Assembly (NCBI RefSeq): GCF_000169175.1
Contig: NZ_AAWS01000006.1
Span: 71,192-135,191, forward strand
DNA length: 64,000 nucleotides
Origin: Microscilla marina ATCC 23134
Lineage (GTDB): Bacteria; Bacteroidota; Bacteroidia; Cytophagales; Microscillaceae
Reading direction: 5' to 3'
Position numbers and translations under genes: made by a program. A model generated the notes under the pieces. It saw only the letters and a program-made list of their open reading frames with translations. It had not been told where the DNA came from and did no database searches. Positions 40,326-51,140 of this stretch are shown in pieces. Position 1 is the first letter of the stretch; each line of letters opens with the position of its first letter.

Positions 40326-40777
40326 GTTTTTATAGGTAAATGGTGAGACTGCAAAGGTAAGGAAAAATGAGAGGCAAGGGAAGTTGATTTGGTACAGGTC
40401 TGAAGAGGTGAGAAATAAGCCTAAAGTAAAAAACGAGACCCTAATAGAATCTCGTTTTTTTTTCCTAACCACAAAGCTTATTAAATATCTTTGGTTATCA
40501 TAATATTCAAACCAAAGACCAAAAATATTTTTTTTACTTTAAAATAAAAACATAAAACACTGTAAATCAAGTCAATAAAATTCAAATATTTTCCATTTCC
40601 AGGAAATGCACCTTTCTAAATATTGCTTTTTAATACGAAATAACGTAACGTAAACGATATTTCGTTAGGCATCATCTGTTTTCACAAAAAATGAACAGGT
40701 AATCTGCATAATTCATCTCGATTTAAGCCATTTTATTTAATTTGCCCCTTCATAAAGTATAAATCAATCTGAAAAAC

Positions 40778-42682
40778 ATGAAAAACAAACTACTTCATTT
40801 ACTGAGTATCGCAGGGCTGTTGTTGGTGTTGGTAAGCTGTGGAGATAGCAATGATAATAAAGAGAATGGTGACTCTACCAAAACCCAAGATACCTCTCGA
40901 GCTACTTCAACTACTAAAAATATGGAACTAAAAAGCGTAGATGTACACACTTTTGCCAAAGCTAAAGAAGCAGTAATGACTGACTTGGCATTGGACATTA
41001 AGGTTGATTTTGACAACAAAATCATTGCTGGTAAAGCTATTATTACCTTAGACAATAAAGCTAAAACAGATGAGCTATACCTAGATACCAAGGAACTAGG
41101 CATTAATAAAGTAACCATTGGCGATGATGAAAAAGAAGCCAAGTTTACATTAGAAAGCACTATAGAACACTTAGGCAATGCGTTGGTGATAGATATTAGC
41201 CCTGATACTAAAAAAGTAACCGTATATTATCAAACTAACCCACAAGCTGAAGCATTGCAATGGTTGAGCCCCCAACAAACTGCGGGCAAAAAACACCCTT
41301 TCTTATTTACTCAGTCACAGGCTATTTTGGCGCGTAGTTGGGTACCTTGTCAAGACAGTCCCGGTATTCGATTTACTTACTCGGCTAAGATCACCGTGCC
41401 TAAAGGCTTGATGGCATTGATGAGCGCAGAAAACCCTGTAGAAAAAAATGCTGAGGGAGTGTATAATTTTAAAATGCCTCAGCCTATTCCGGCTTATTTG
41501 CTTGCTTTATCGGTGGGCGATTTGGCTTTTGGTAAAATAGGCGAGCGTACAGGGGTATATGCCGAACCAGCCATGCTGGACAAGTGTACTTATGAATTTG
41601 CCAATATGGAAAAAATGCTTGAGGCGGCTGAAGGCATTTATGGCAAGTATGAATGGGGACGCTACGATGTAATTGTGTTGCCCCCAAGTTTTCCTTTTGG
41701 AGGAATGGAAAACCCACGTTTGACTTTTGCTACACCTACTATTTTGGCGGGTGACCGTTCGCTTACTTCATTGATAGCCCACGAACTGGCACACTCATGG
41801 TCGGGAAACCTAGTGACCAATAAAACCTGGAACGACTTCTGGCTAAACGAAGGCTTTACGGTATTTTTTGAACGAAAAATTATGGAAGCACTTCGGGGAG
41901 AGTCTTACGCTGAAATGCTTGCCAAGTTAGGACTCCAAGATTTGCAGGAAACAGTCAAAGAGCTGGAAAAAGAGGATACTAAACTTAAGCTTGCCCTCAA
42001 AGGACGCAACCCAGACGACGGCATGAACGACATTGCATACGAAAAAGGCTATTTCTTTTTGAGACTCATTGCTGAAACTGTGGGCAAAGAGAAGTTTGAC
42101 GAGTTTTTGAAAAACTACTTTGCCCAATATAAATTCCAATCTATGGACACCGAAGGTTTTCTTGTTCATTTGAAGCAAGCATTGCCGGAGGCAACCAAGC
42201 TCAACTTAGACGAATGGGTATATCAGCCTGGTTTACCTGCCAACTGCCCTAAAGTAAAGGCTACTCGTTTTGAAAATATTGACAAGGCGTATGCTGCCTG
42301 GGAAGGCGGTAAAAATCCAGCAAAACTTGATACCAAAGAATGGAGTACCCACGAATGGTTACACTTTTTGCGTAAGCTACCTACTAAGGTAGAGTTGGCA
42401 AAACTTAAGGAACTGGATGCTGCATTTAAATTGACCCAATCGGGCAACTCTGAGATAGCCGCCGAGTGGTTGAGTCGGGCAGTGCCCAGTGGATACAACG
42501 AAGCGTACCCAGCTCTTGAGAAATTTTTGATAAATGTAGGTCGTCGTAAGTTTTTGGTGCCTTTGTACAAATCAATGATTACGACTGAAGAAGGCAAAGC
42601 ATTGGCAAAGCAAATATATGCCAAGGCACGCCCCAACTATCACTCGGTGAGTTACAATACTATTGATAAATTGCTTAAATAA
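40778..42682 (+). CDS. M1-family zinc aminopeptidase (leukotriene-A4-hydrolase/aminopeptidase-N-like), lipoprotein
   Basis: 634 aa; lipobox LLLVLVSCGDS; zinc motif HELAHSWSGNLVT + WLNEGFT(x)F; GAMEN-like GGMENP. Confidence 0.85.
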   Translation: MKNKLLHLLSIAGLLLVLVSCGDSNDNKENGDSTKTQDTSRATSTTKNMELKSVDVHTFAKAKEAVMTDLALDIKVDFDNKIIAGKAIITLDNKAKTDELYLDTKELGINKVTIGDDEKEAKFTLESTIEHLGNALVIDISPDTKKVTVYYQTNPQAEALQWLSPQQTAGKKHPFLFTQSQAILARSWVPCQDSPGIRFTYSAKITVPKGLMALMSAENPVEKNAEGVYNFKMPQPIPAYLLALSVGDLAFGKIGERTGVYAEPAMLDKCTYEFANMEKMLEAAEGIYGKYEWGRYDVIVLPPSFPFGGMENPRLTFATPTILAGDRSLTSLIAHELAHSWSGNLVTNKTWNDFWLNEGFTVFFERKIMEALRGESYAEMLAKLGLQDLQETVKELEKEDTKLKLALKGRNPDDGMNDIAYEKGYFFLRLIAETVGKEKFDEFLKNYFAQYKFQSMDTEGFLVHLKQALPEATKLNLDEWVYQPGLPANCPKVKATRFENIDKAYAAWEGGKNPAKLDTKEWSTHEWLHFLRKLPTKVELAKLKELDAAFKLTQSGNSEIAAEWLSRAVPSGYNEAYPALEKFLINVGRRKFLVPLYKSMITTEEGKALAKQIYAKARPNYHSVSYNTIDKLLK

Positions 42683-42704
42683 AGTTTTAATGCTGAGTTT
42701 TATG

Positions 42705-42740
42705 AAACTGCCTTGTTAGTACAAGGCAGTTTATTGGATT
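42705..42740 (+). terminator. rho-independent terminator after M1 peptidase
   Basis: aaactgccttg-ttagta-caaggcagttt then T-rich. Confidence 0.6.
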
Positions 42741-42806
42741 TGTCAGGTAGATCTTAACTAAGTTGGAGAACCAAACGTTTGACCAGAAAACGGTTACCAA
42801 CTAAAT

Positions 42807-43190
42807 ATGATGACGATGACAAAACAACTATTTTTTCTCTTACTGGTAGGCATGTTCTTTAGTACTATCAGCGCCCAGGCTCAATGGCGTAACAAATACA
42901 AGTGCCACAACTTTTATGGTAATGGTATTACAGAATACATTATTTCTAAGTCTGACAAAAATAACTCTAAAGTAGCTGAGTATTGGTATTATACCTCACG
43001 CAACGCCAAGCGTATCAAACTGGTGGTATTGAGTACAAAAGAAGTAATCAGTGGTATGGAAGGCACAACAATAGTCAAGGTGAGGTTTCCTAATGGTAAA
43101 ACTATATACACACTAGAGTTTGTTCCTGGTGGTTTGTATTGCTTGGCTCCTAATGGCAAAAAACAAGCATATACATATATACCAAATTAA
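42807..43190 (+). CDS. small secreted hypothetical protein (127 aa)
   Basis: signal peptide MMTMTKQLFFLLLVGMFFSTISAQA. Confidence 0.5.
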   Translation: MMTMTKQLFFLLLVGMFFSTISAQAQWRNKYKCHNFYGNGITEYIISKSDKNNSKVAEYWYYTSRNAKRIKLVVLSTKEVISGMEGTTIVKVRFPNGKTIYTLEFVPGGLYCLAPNGKKQAYTYIPN

Positions 43191-43200
43191 CCTATGACTT

Positions 43201-43238
43201 AAAAAAAGGCTTTCTGACGTATCAGAAAGCCTTTTTTT
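43201..43238. terminator. bidirectional terminator between convergent genes
   Basis: aaaaaaaggctttctga-cgt-atcagaaagccttttttt (A7-stem-loop-T7). Confidence 0.65.
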
Positions 43239-43273
43239 AACTTATGGACATTTTGACCTTGTATTGTTGTTTG

Positions 43274-44140
43274 TTATTTTTTTCTCAAATCGGCAAGGTG
43301 AGTAAACAAGTTTTTCTCGGCTTCGCTCAAGTCGGTAGGCAAAGCTACCCTAAGAGTAATGTATAAGTCGCCAAAATCACCTTCTTGTTTATATATAGGA
43401 AACCCCTTGCCCCTCAGACGCATCTTAGTGCCGTTGGCAGTTTCGGGCTTGATTTTAATTTTCACGTTTCCTCCCAGTGTTTCAACCTCTATATTTCCCC
43501 CCAACAATGCAGTGTATAAATCTACTGGCACATCGGCATATAAATCGGCACCTTTGCGTTCAAATACCGGATCGGGATGAATCCGAAAAGTTATATACAA
43601 GTCCCCCTTTTCGCCGCCAAAAGCGCCAGGCGCTCCTTGTCCTTTCAGACGAATTTTTTGACCATCATCTATGCCCGCCGGAATAGTAACGCGTAAACTT
43701 TTGCCGTTTATATCTAAAGTACGTTTGTGGGTTTGGTACACATCGCGCAGGTTGAGCTCGAGTTCAGCCACCATATTTTCGCCACGGGTACTGCGGGTAC
43801 GTCTGCCCCCGCCAAAACCACCACCACCGCCAAATAAATCATTAAAAAAGTCGGAGAAATATTGTGAATCGAAGCCCTCACTATCATAAGTAAACGGGTC
43901 TCCCCCAGCTCCAGCATTTTTCCAATTACTGCCATACTGGTCGTACTTGCTGCGTTTTTCGGCGTTGCTTAACACTTCATAGGCTTCGTTTACTTCTTTA
44001 AACTTACGTTCTGCCTCCTTATTACCTTGGTTTACATCAGGGTGATATTTGCGTGCTTGGTTGCGGTAAGCTTTTTTTATCTCTGCTTCGCTGGCATTTT
44101 TGCTTACCCCCAACACCTGATAGTAATCTATATAACTCAT
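43274..44140 (-). CDS. DnaJ-domain co-chaperone, CbpA-like (J domain + Gly/Phe-rich + DnaJ C-terminal, no Zn finger)
   Basis: 288 aa; [39 protein letters not shown] linker. Confidence 0.8.
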   Translation of the reverse strand: MSYIDYYQVLGVSKNASEAEIKKAYRNQARKYHPDVNQGNKEAERKFKEVNEAYEVLSNAEKRSKYDQYGSNWKNAGAGGDPFTYDSEGFDSQYFSDFFNDLFGGGGGFGGGRRTRSTRGENMVAELELNLRDVYQTHKRTLDINGKSLRVTIPAGIDDGQKIRLKGQGAPGAFGGEKGDLYITFRIHPDPVFERKGADLYADVPVDLYTALLGGNIEVETLGGNVKIKIKPETANGTKMRLRGKGFPIYKQEGDFGDLYITLRVALPTDLSEAEKNLFTHLADLRKK

Positions 44141-44592
44141 ATTGGTATCTTCTGTAATTTGGTCTATAGTCTTTGATTATATTGCTTATTCAAAAGTAAA
44201 CAATATGCAATATAACCTTGTTTGACATTGATTAGTGACAAGTCGAGCTAATTTAATCATTGATATAATAAAATTGCAACTATCTAAACGTTTGCATCTT
44301 ATTATATTACAAAAACAATGTGTCATTCGCCAAATTTTGTAGTAAAACCAACAAATAAACCATTGGCAGTCAATATTTCGAGTGTAGAAATACTCATCCT
44401 AAGCTTCATTTATACTACATATTGAAACATCATTGGCAAAATAATAGTTTGATAAACAAGCATTTAGCAGATTGCTCACACTTACCAAAAGAAATAAGGT
44501 CAAATTTCAGAAATGACGCCAGATATGCGTAAATTAACCATTATAAAGGTCTAAACTATACGATATTTCACAAAAGGCATCACTAAAATCGA

Positions 44593-47500
44593 TTGATTAA
44601 CTCAATGAATATTAAAACAGCTATTTACATTCTATTACTGTTTATTACTTCATCATCAGGCTTTGCACAACTACAACATTCACCTCATATCAAGCAATAT
44701 ACTACCGACAATGGATTGCCTCATAACATTGGGTTTGATGTAATCCAAGACAGCAAAAATTATATTTGGCTTGGTACCGATGATGGGTTGGTACGTTTTA
44801 ATGGTAAGCGCTTTAAGACTTATCGAAGCGCTGATGGCTTACTGAGCAATTATATCATCAACCTGACAGAAAGCAAAGAGGGTAAACTATGGATTGGCTC
44901 GTGGAAAGGTGGGCTCAACTATTTATACAACGACTCTATTTTTACCCCTAAACTTGATTACCCACTTTTTCGAGTATCTTATGTAGGTGTTCAGGGTGAT
45001 AAACTGTGGCTATCTGACCGTAGGTCTACACTATACCCTTATACTTATAAAAACAATGAATGGAAGTTTGGCCATCGTAAAAAATCCACTTTCCTGTACC
45101 AAACCAAGGATTCTTTCCCTAGATACAGCCATTATATACCTCCGTCTGAATACTCAAAATCAGGTTATACACGAAAACTAGATTATACCCAAGCCTATCT
45201 TACTACCACCAAAGCTATGTTATTATTTGGTTCACTTCCAGGAGTATGGCAATACCATAATGACACAACTTTCAGTCGTTTTTACCCTAATATAATCAAA
45301 AATGATACAGTATACGACATTTCTCAAGACGCTAACCAAACTTATTGGGTAAGCTGTAAAGGTAAAATTTTAAAAATAGATGCGGCAAAAAATGTAGAGG
45401 TGATTCAAAAGGGATTACCCAATCAAAATATTACCAATGTAGAGGTGACTTCTTCAGGTAAAATCTATTTTATTACAAACTATATCAATCTCAACAACCG
45501 GGGATTTTATAGCTATGACCCTACCACAGCCACTACGGTTGACCTTAAATCCAAACTTGGATTAAAGGTATTGCCAGTAGCAGTAAAAGTAGATCACGAA
45601 GATAATGTGTGGCTTATTACCAATGGTGAAGGAGTGTACTGTATGTTATCTCATCCTTTTACCAATTATGACAAACAAGATGGACTTACAAATATTTTTG
45701 TAAATACAATTAATGAAGATAAAGAGGGAAACATTTATGTAGGTACTATCAATGGGGTATTTGTTTATAAAAACAATGTTTTTTCAAGAAAGTATTTACT
45801 TGGGAAAAATGCTTCAGAGGAAGTAAACAGCATAATAAAAGATAAAAACCAATCATTATTGATTAGCATTTTACAAAATATTAAGCAAGGTTCACAAAGT
45901 CACCTATTCAGGAATACAACGAAAAAAGTTGAAAAACTCAATATCCAGTCGTTTAGTAAAAGCCCATACCTTGATAGTCAAAATAAAATTTGGACATTTC
46001 AAGATAATACTATTGTTTTTTGTGATTATTCTGAGACCAACTCTTTTTATACCAAGAGCTGCAAACTTGGTAAAGACCTAATGATCCATCAAGTATTAGA
46101 GTACCAAGGCAAACATTGGTTAGCTACTAATAAAGGGCTTCTTGCCTTTAAGCATACCATTTTAAGCAATAATAGTCTGGAGATTACCCTTACAGATACT
46201 CTTAATATAGCTGATGGTTTGAGCAGTAATTTTATAAACCAAGTAGCCATAGGTAAAAAAGGAGCACTATGGATAGGCACCAAAGAAGGAATATGTAAGT
46301 GGGTCAATGGAACCATAGCGTGTTTTGGCACTTCAGACGGGCTGGTATCTAACAACTGCAACCAGGTACTGGTAGATCATCAAGGTATTATATGGGTGGG
46401 TACTTCTAAAGGCTTGTCTCGTTTTGATGGCAAGCAATTTATCAACTATACCCATAAAAATGGACTCATTGCTTCTGATATTAACTGTTTGTTTTTAAGC
46501 AATAAAAAACAACTTTGGATAGGTACAAGTAAAGGAGTATCCAGGTTAGACCTTAGTAAACCCTTTAAGAAGGCGGCACCGCCCAAACTATACATAGAAG
46601 ATATTCAGGTCAACGGCATTGATCAGAGATTAAATACTCCCCTTCAGGTTAAATATCACTCTTCCCTTAAGTTGTACTTCTCAGCATTGACTTATACCTA
46701 CAACGAAGGGGTTCGCTATCAGTACCGACTCAAGGGAGATAAGTGGCAAGAAACCAGCCTAGCTTTTGTAGAGTACAGCACCCTTACCAAAGGAACCTAT
46801 ACGTTTGAAGTAAGAGCCAAGAAGTTTAACAGTGTCTGGTCTGCATCTACTAAAATAGTATTTGAGGTAATCCCTCCTTTTTGGGATACCTGGTGGTTCA
46901 AAGTATTGGTAGGTTTAGGCTTTGTTCTACTGGTATACGGCATTGTCAAGTGGCGGTCGCAACAACTGATAAAAGATAAACTTAAGCTAGAACAAGTAGT
47001 AGTACAACGAACTTTTGAGCTTGCCCAACAAAAAGAAGAAATTGCTTCACAAGCAGAAAAGCTTAAAGAAATGGATCAAATAAAATCTCATTTTTTCTCT
47101 AATGTTTCGCACGAACTTCGTACGCCACTTACTCTCATTATTGGTCCTGCCGAACAAATACTTCATTCGGCTGAAAGCACTACCACCCAATCTCACTCAA
47201 AGTCTATATTAAGCAATGCCCAACGCCTTTTAAAGCTGATTAACCAACTGTTAGACTTCTCTAAACTAGAAAGCGGCAAACTGATTTTACAACTTAAAAC
47301 AGGTAAATTTCACGTTTTTTTGAAAAACATTATCTATTCTTTCGAGTTGCTTGCCAATCAAAAAAACATTGGTCTTAAGTTGCTATTGCATCAAGAGGAG
47401 ATAATGGGTGAGTTTGACCATGACAAGCTTGAAAAAGTGTTTTTTAATTTATTGTCCAACGCACTGAAATTTACTCCCGAAAATGGCTTGGTTACAATAG

Positions 47501-48621
47501 AAGTAAAACAAAAAGAGGAGATGGTACAAATCAAGGTATCGGATACAGGGATTGGTATCCCTCCTCAGTCACTGCCTTTTATATTTGACAGGTTTTATCA
47601 GGTAGATGGATCACAAACCAGAACACACGAAGGTACTGGTATTGGGTTGTCACTGGTAAAAGAACTGTTGGAACTACACGGAGGCAATATAAAAGCAAGC
47701 AGTGAAGTGGATAAAGGCACCACATTTTTTATTCAACTCCCCATTGTTTGTCACTCTTCAAAAGCAATGGCTCCTACAAAAGAAACAGCTCTCACGCTGA
47801 CCGACCCAGTAGATATAAATACACAAGAAGATCAAACACCACCTCCTTTGCCAGTTGAGGCAAGTCATACCGTATTGGTGGTAGAAGATAACCATGAACT
47901 CCGACAGTTTATAAGGACAGAACTAGCCGTTACTTATCAGGTAATAGAAGCAGCAGATGGCGTAGAAGGTATTGAAAAAGCTAGCAACCAACTGCCCGAC
48001 TTGATTATAAGTGACCTGATGATGCCAAAAGCTGATGGGTTGGAGTTATTAAGAACACTTAGAAATAACCCACAAACTTGCCACATACCTATCATTATTT
48101 TATCGGCAAAGGCATCTTTTGAGAGTAAAATTACTGGATTAGAAACTGGTGGAGACGACTATCTCACAAAACCGTTTAGTCCTAGAGAGCTTGTGCTTAG
48201 AATAAAAAATACACTGGAAAGAAGGGAAAAACTAAAAGAGGCATTTATGCAGCAAATGGCCAAGCCAGAGCTTGTAGTAGAACCCTCTCAGGTAACGGCT
48301 ACTTCTATGGATGAAGTTTTTTTGACAAAAGCGCTTGATACAGTAGAAGAACACCTCAATAATACAGGGTTTGATGTTTCAGCATTTAGCAAAGAAATGG
48401 GCATGAGTCAATCGGGCTTGTTCAAAAAACTCAAGGCTATTACTAATTTATCTACCACTGAGTTTATTCGTACTATTAGGCTTAAGCGAGCGGCTTCGTT
48501 GATTAAACAAAAAAGTGGCCGTATCGAAGAAATTGCGTTTCAGGTAGGTTTTAATGATGTATCTTATTTTAACCGTTGTTTCAAAAAACAATTTGGAGTA
48601 ACCCCAAAAAAATACCAGTAA
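44593..48621 (+). CDS. hybrid two-component system protein: periplasmic beta-propeller/Y_Y_Y sensor - TM - HisKA/HATPase - receiver - AraC HTH (copy 1)
   Basis: 1342 aa; H-box SHELRTPLT, G-box DTGIGIP, receiver VLVVEDNHELRQF...DLMMP, AraC helix-turn-helix at C-terminus. Confidence 0.85.
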   Translation: MINSMNIKTAIYILLLFITSSSGFAQLQHSPHIKQYTTDNGLPHNIGFDVIQDSKNYIWLGTDDGLVRFNGKRFKTYRSADGLLSNYIINLTESKEGKLWIGSWKGGLNYLYNDSIFTPKLDYPLFRVSYVGVQGDKLWLSDRRSTLYPYTYKNNEWKFGHRKKSTFLYQTKDSFPRYSHYIPPSEYSKSGYTRKLDYTQAYLTTTKAMLLFGSLPGVWQYHNDTTFSRFYPNIIKNDTVYDISQDANQTYWVSCKGKILKIDAAKNVEVIQKGLPNQNITNVEVTSSGKIYFITNYINLNNRGFYSYDPTTATTVDLKSKLGLKVLPVAVKVDHEDNVWLITNGEGVYCMLSHPFTNYDKQDGLTNIFVNTINEDKEGNIYVGTINGVFVYKNNVFSRKYLLGKNASEEVNSIIKDKNQSLLISILQNIKQGSQSHLFRNTTKKVEKLNIQSFSKSPYLDSQNKIWTFQDNTIVFCDYSETNSFYTKSCKLGKDLMIHQVLEYQGKHWLATNKGLLAFKHTILSNNSLEITLTDTLNIADGLSSNFINQVAIGKKGALWIGTKEGICKWVNGTIACFGTSDGLVSNNCNQVLVDHQGIIWVGTSKGLSRFDGKQFINYTHKNGLIASDINCLFLSNKKQLWIGTSKGVSRLDLSKPFKKAAPPKLYIEDIQVNGIDQRLNTPLQVKYHSSLKLYFSALTYTYNEGVRYQYRLKGDKWQETSLAFVEYSTLTKGTYTFEVRAKKFNSVWSASTKIVFEVIPPFWDTWWFKVLVGLGFVLLVYGIVKWRSQQLIKDKLKLEQVVVQRTFELAQQKEEIASQAEKLKEMDQIKSHFFSNVSHELRTPLTLIIGPAEQILHSAESTTTQSHSKSILSNAQRLLKLINQLLDFSKLESGKLILQLKTGKFHVFLKNIIYSFELLANQKNIGLKLLLHQEEIMGEFDHDKLEKVFFNLLSNALKFTPENGLVTIEVKQKEEMVQIKVSDTGIGIPPQSLPFIFDRFYQVDGSQTRTHEGTGIGLSLVKELLELHGGNIKASSEVDKGTTFFIQLPIVCHSSKAMAPTKETALTLTDPVDINTQEDQTPPPLPVEASHTVLVVEDNHELRQFIRTELAVTYQVIEAADGVEGIEKASNQLPDLIISDLMMPKADGLELLRTLRNNPQTCHIPIIILSAKASFESKITGLETGGDDYLTKPFSPRELVLRIKNTLERREKLKEAFMQQMAKPELVVEPSQVTATSMDEVFLTKALDTVEEHLNNTGFDVSAFSKEMGMSQSGLFKKLKAITNLSTTEFIRTIRLKRAASLIKQKSGRIEEIAFQVGFNDVSYFNRCFKKQFGVTPKKYQ

Positions 48622-49062
48622 CTTTGATGAGTTATTGGCAAATACCCCTCACAATCAACCGACAAACAACATTTTAATACAAATTACAGATATGTCTGGT
48701 TTTTTTCAACATACGTCCAAGTATCCCTACCAGGTTTTACCTTCCTTTGCATCATCAAATAATACAAATAACTGGTCGGTTATCAAACTACAAATTGCAA
48801 GTATGGAGCTTGTCTTGTCTTTTTAAGTGTAAGCAAAAACAGTGATTTTTATCTCCTGTTGGTAACCCACTCTTAAAAGTCAAGATAAGTGATGATATAA
48901 GATAAAGCATATTACAAAAGCAGTGATGATTTATCTTCAATAAGTGACTCAAATTTTGAAAGATAAAGGCAAGTTGAAAGGCTTGCCTTTTACTTACTTG
49001 TTGGTTTGTAACGAAGTCCGGCTAACCACTTATTTTACTTAAAACTTAACCAGTATTCATCA

Positions 49063-49407
49063 GTGAATTTAGACGCTATTACCCAAGGTCATTTGGTAAA
49101 AAGAGCCATACTTGACCAAATCATTACTCAGGCTCGTTCTCAAGTACAAGCCACTAACAGCATTTACAATCAATTTAAAAACCTGCTGGACCCTATGGAA
49201 ACCTGGCGGCATGGGCATTATCGTAACCTTGCTTGTATGCTTGATATGTCCATCAATACTCTTAAGTACTATGTACAAGAAGGAGATCACCTCAAACAAA
49301 ACAACAGAAAAAAAATATTGCAATTTTTAGGGTACTCTCCAAACAACTGGGACACACTCGAACAAGAAGCCATATTTAAGTTACTGGCAAAAAAGCTGAG
49401 TGTATAA
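49063..49407 (+). CDS. small hypothetical protein with possible HTH (114 aa)
   Basis: segment YRNLACMLDMSINTLKYYVQEG resembles an HTH. Confidence 0.35.
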   Translation: MNLDAITQGHLVKRAILDQIITQARSQVQATNSIYNQFKNLLDPMETWRHGHYRNLACMLDMSINTLKYYVQEGDHLKQNNRKKILQFLGYSPNNWDTLEQEAIFKLLAKKLSV

Positions 49408-49689
49408 GACACGAACCTAAATTTCAACTCCAAATATTCTTTGCCAAAAAAGTTAAGAAAAAAAATCACAAACTGTTGATTATCAAAGTTTTTATTTTTT
49501 AAATCTTGGTATAAAACCATTGCTTGACCTCCTACTTTTGCAATGTCAAATATAAAGACATTGTACAGTGAATCTCTTGGGAAAACGGGTAAAACGGTGC
49601 TAAACACTTAATTATTTTTTAGCACTATTTATCTATGTAAACAATGAGGGTCAATCATTTCAAACAAAACCAGATTTAATATTTCACTT

Positions 49690-51060
49690 ATGAAACGACA
49701 GTTATCACTCCTCTTAGCAATGGCATGCTTTTGCATAGCTGGTTATGCTCAAACTAATGGTAGTTTTGAAAACCTTACAGGAACCAACCACGGTTTTGCT
49801 TTTTCAGCAGGGCAAGTAGTTGGCTGGAAACAATCGCATGGAACACCCAGCATTGCAGGTGGAGCGCCTGGTCAGGGAAACCGTTCCGCTTGGATGTGGT
49901 CTTACTCTGGCAGAGGCGAGGGTATTGTTCAACCGTATAGTTTCGCGGCAGGGCGTACTTATACCGTAAGCTTTTGGGTAAGAACCAATAATCCTGATGG
50001 ACAGTTTTATATAAAAGCTGCCAATGGTGTACCCAATGGAACCTCTAGTAGCATACCATCGGTCAGTAGTCAAAAAACGATCTACAGCGCAGGATTGGTT
50101 TTTCCAAACTGGACCAAAAGAACCGTTACATTTACAGCTACCAGCAACTACTCTCAGCTGTGGATTTACCCCCAGCTTAATAGTTATCCAAGCAATGGAC
50201 AAGCAGAGTTGATGATGGACGGGATCAGTATTTCTACGTGCACTCCTGTTTCTGTATATGTACCTAACTATAGCTTTGAGAGTTTGACAGGTACTAACCA
50301 TGGTTTTGCTTTTTCGGCTGGGCAAGTAACTGGCTGGAAACAATCGCACGGTACGCCGAGTATTGGTGGAGGAGCTACCGGACAAGGAAGTCGTTCGGCG
50401 TGGATGTGGTCTTACTCTGGCAGAGGCGAAGGCATTGTGACGAATGTGGGGCTTCAAAGTGGTAAAACTTATAAGATCAGGTTCTGGGTAAGAACCAATA
50501 ATCCTGATGGACAGTTTTATATAAAAATTGCCAACAATGTGCCTAGCGGAACATCTACCTCATCTACTATACCATCGGTAAGTAGCCAACAAACCTTATA
50601 TACTTCTGGCTTGAACTTCTCAAACTGGACAGAGAAAACAATTATTTTTAGGGCTAATAACAACTACTCTCAGTTATGGATTTACCCTCAACTTAACAGT
50701 TACCCAAGCAATGGGCAAGCAGAGTTGATGGTAGATGGAATCAGAATTGAGACTGTTTGCCACAAAAAACCTGTGATATGGCCATTGCCTATCAAAGATA
50801 TTAAAGAACTAAAAGTAGCTGTCTATCCTAACCCTACTACTGAACGTATTTCGGTCACTTTACCTACCGAGACAGAGGAAGCTACCATCACGCTTTATGA
50901 CTTGGTCAGTGGTAGAAAAGTAGGCACATTTAAGGCTACTCAAATAGACAACGAATGGAGCATACCTGAGCACATCAAAGGTGGGTTGTACCAAATGGTA
51001 ATCACTGATGCTAAAAACAATGCTACCAAATCTATGAGGTTAGTAGTAAACCGTAAATAA
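49690..51060 (+). CDS. secreted protein with two tandem ~163-aa beta-sandwich-like (CBM/lectin-like) domains and T9SS C-terminal sorting domain
   Basis: 456 aa; signal peptide; duplicated units NGSFENLTGTNHGFAFSAGQV.GWKQSHGTPSI...; C-terminus KVAVYPNPTTERISVTL...LYDLVSGRKV...GLYQMVITD typical Por/T9SS CTD. Confidence 0.75.
   Translation: MKRQLSLLLAMACFCIAGYAQTNGSFENLTGTNHGFAFSAGQVVGWKQSHGTPSIAGGAPGQGNRSAWMWSYSGRGEGIVQPYSFAAGRTYTVSFWVRTNNPDGQFYIKAANGVPNGTSSSIPSVSSQKTIYSAGLVFPNWTKRTVTFTATSNYSQLWIYPQLNSYPSNGQAELMMDGISISTCTPVSVYVPNYSFESLTGTNHGFAFSAGQVTGWKQSHGTPSIGGGATGQGSRSAWMWSYSGRGEGIVTNVGLQSGKTYKIRFWVRTNNPDGQFYIKIANNVPSGTSTSSTIPSVSSQQTLYTSGLNFSNWTEKTIIFRANNNYSQLWIYPQLNSYPSNGQAELMVDGIRIETVCHKKPVIWPLPIKDIKELKVAVYPNPTTERISVTLPTETEEATITLYDLVSGRKVGTFKATQIDNEWSIPEHIKGGLYQMVITDAKNNATKSMRLVVNRK
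49756..50760 (+). repeat. in-frame tandem duplication (2 x ~490 bp) inside the T9SS protein gene
   Basis: unit 1 ~49756-50241, unit 2 ~50266-50760; long stretches identical at nucleotide level (e.g. tggatgtggtcttactctggcagaggcga; aaccaataatcctgatggacagttttatataaaa). Confidence 0.8.
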
Positions 51061-51094
51061 GTAGCATTTACTTACCTATAATATTAATATTTAA

Positions 51095-51125
51095 CCCCTT
51101 GTTGTGAACAACAGGGGGCTTTTTA
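51095..51125 (+). terminator. rho-independent terminator after T9SS protein gene
   Basis: ccccttgttg-tgaa-caacaggggg then CTTTTT. Confidence 0.65.
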
Positions 51126-51140
51126 TATCTCATTTTACAA

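Noticed and set aside
49804-50457. 217-aa minus-strand ORF inside the T9SS protein gene
   Set aside because: Antisense shadow of the duplicated-domain coding region; the sense frame carries the signal peptide, repeats and T9SS C-terminal domain.
49756-50760. Possible CRISPR-like or direct-repeat array suggested by ~490-bp tandem identity
   Set aside because: Only two units, in frame within a protein with signal peptide and sorting domain. It is a protein-domain duplication.
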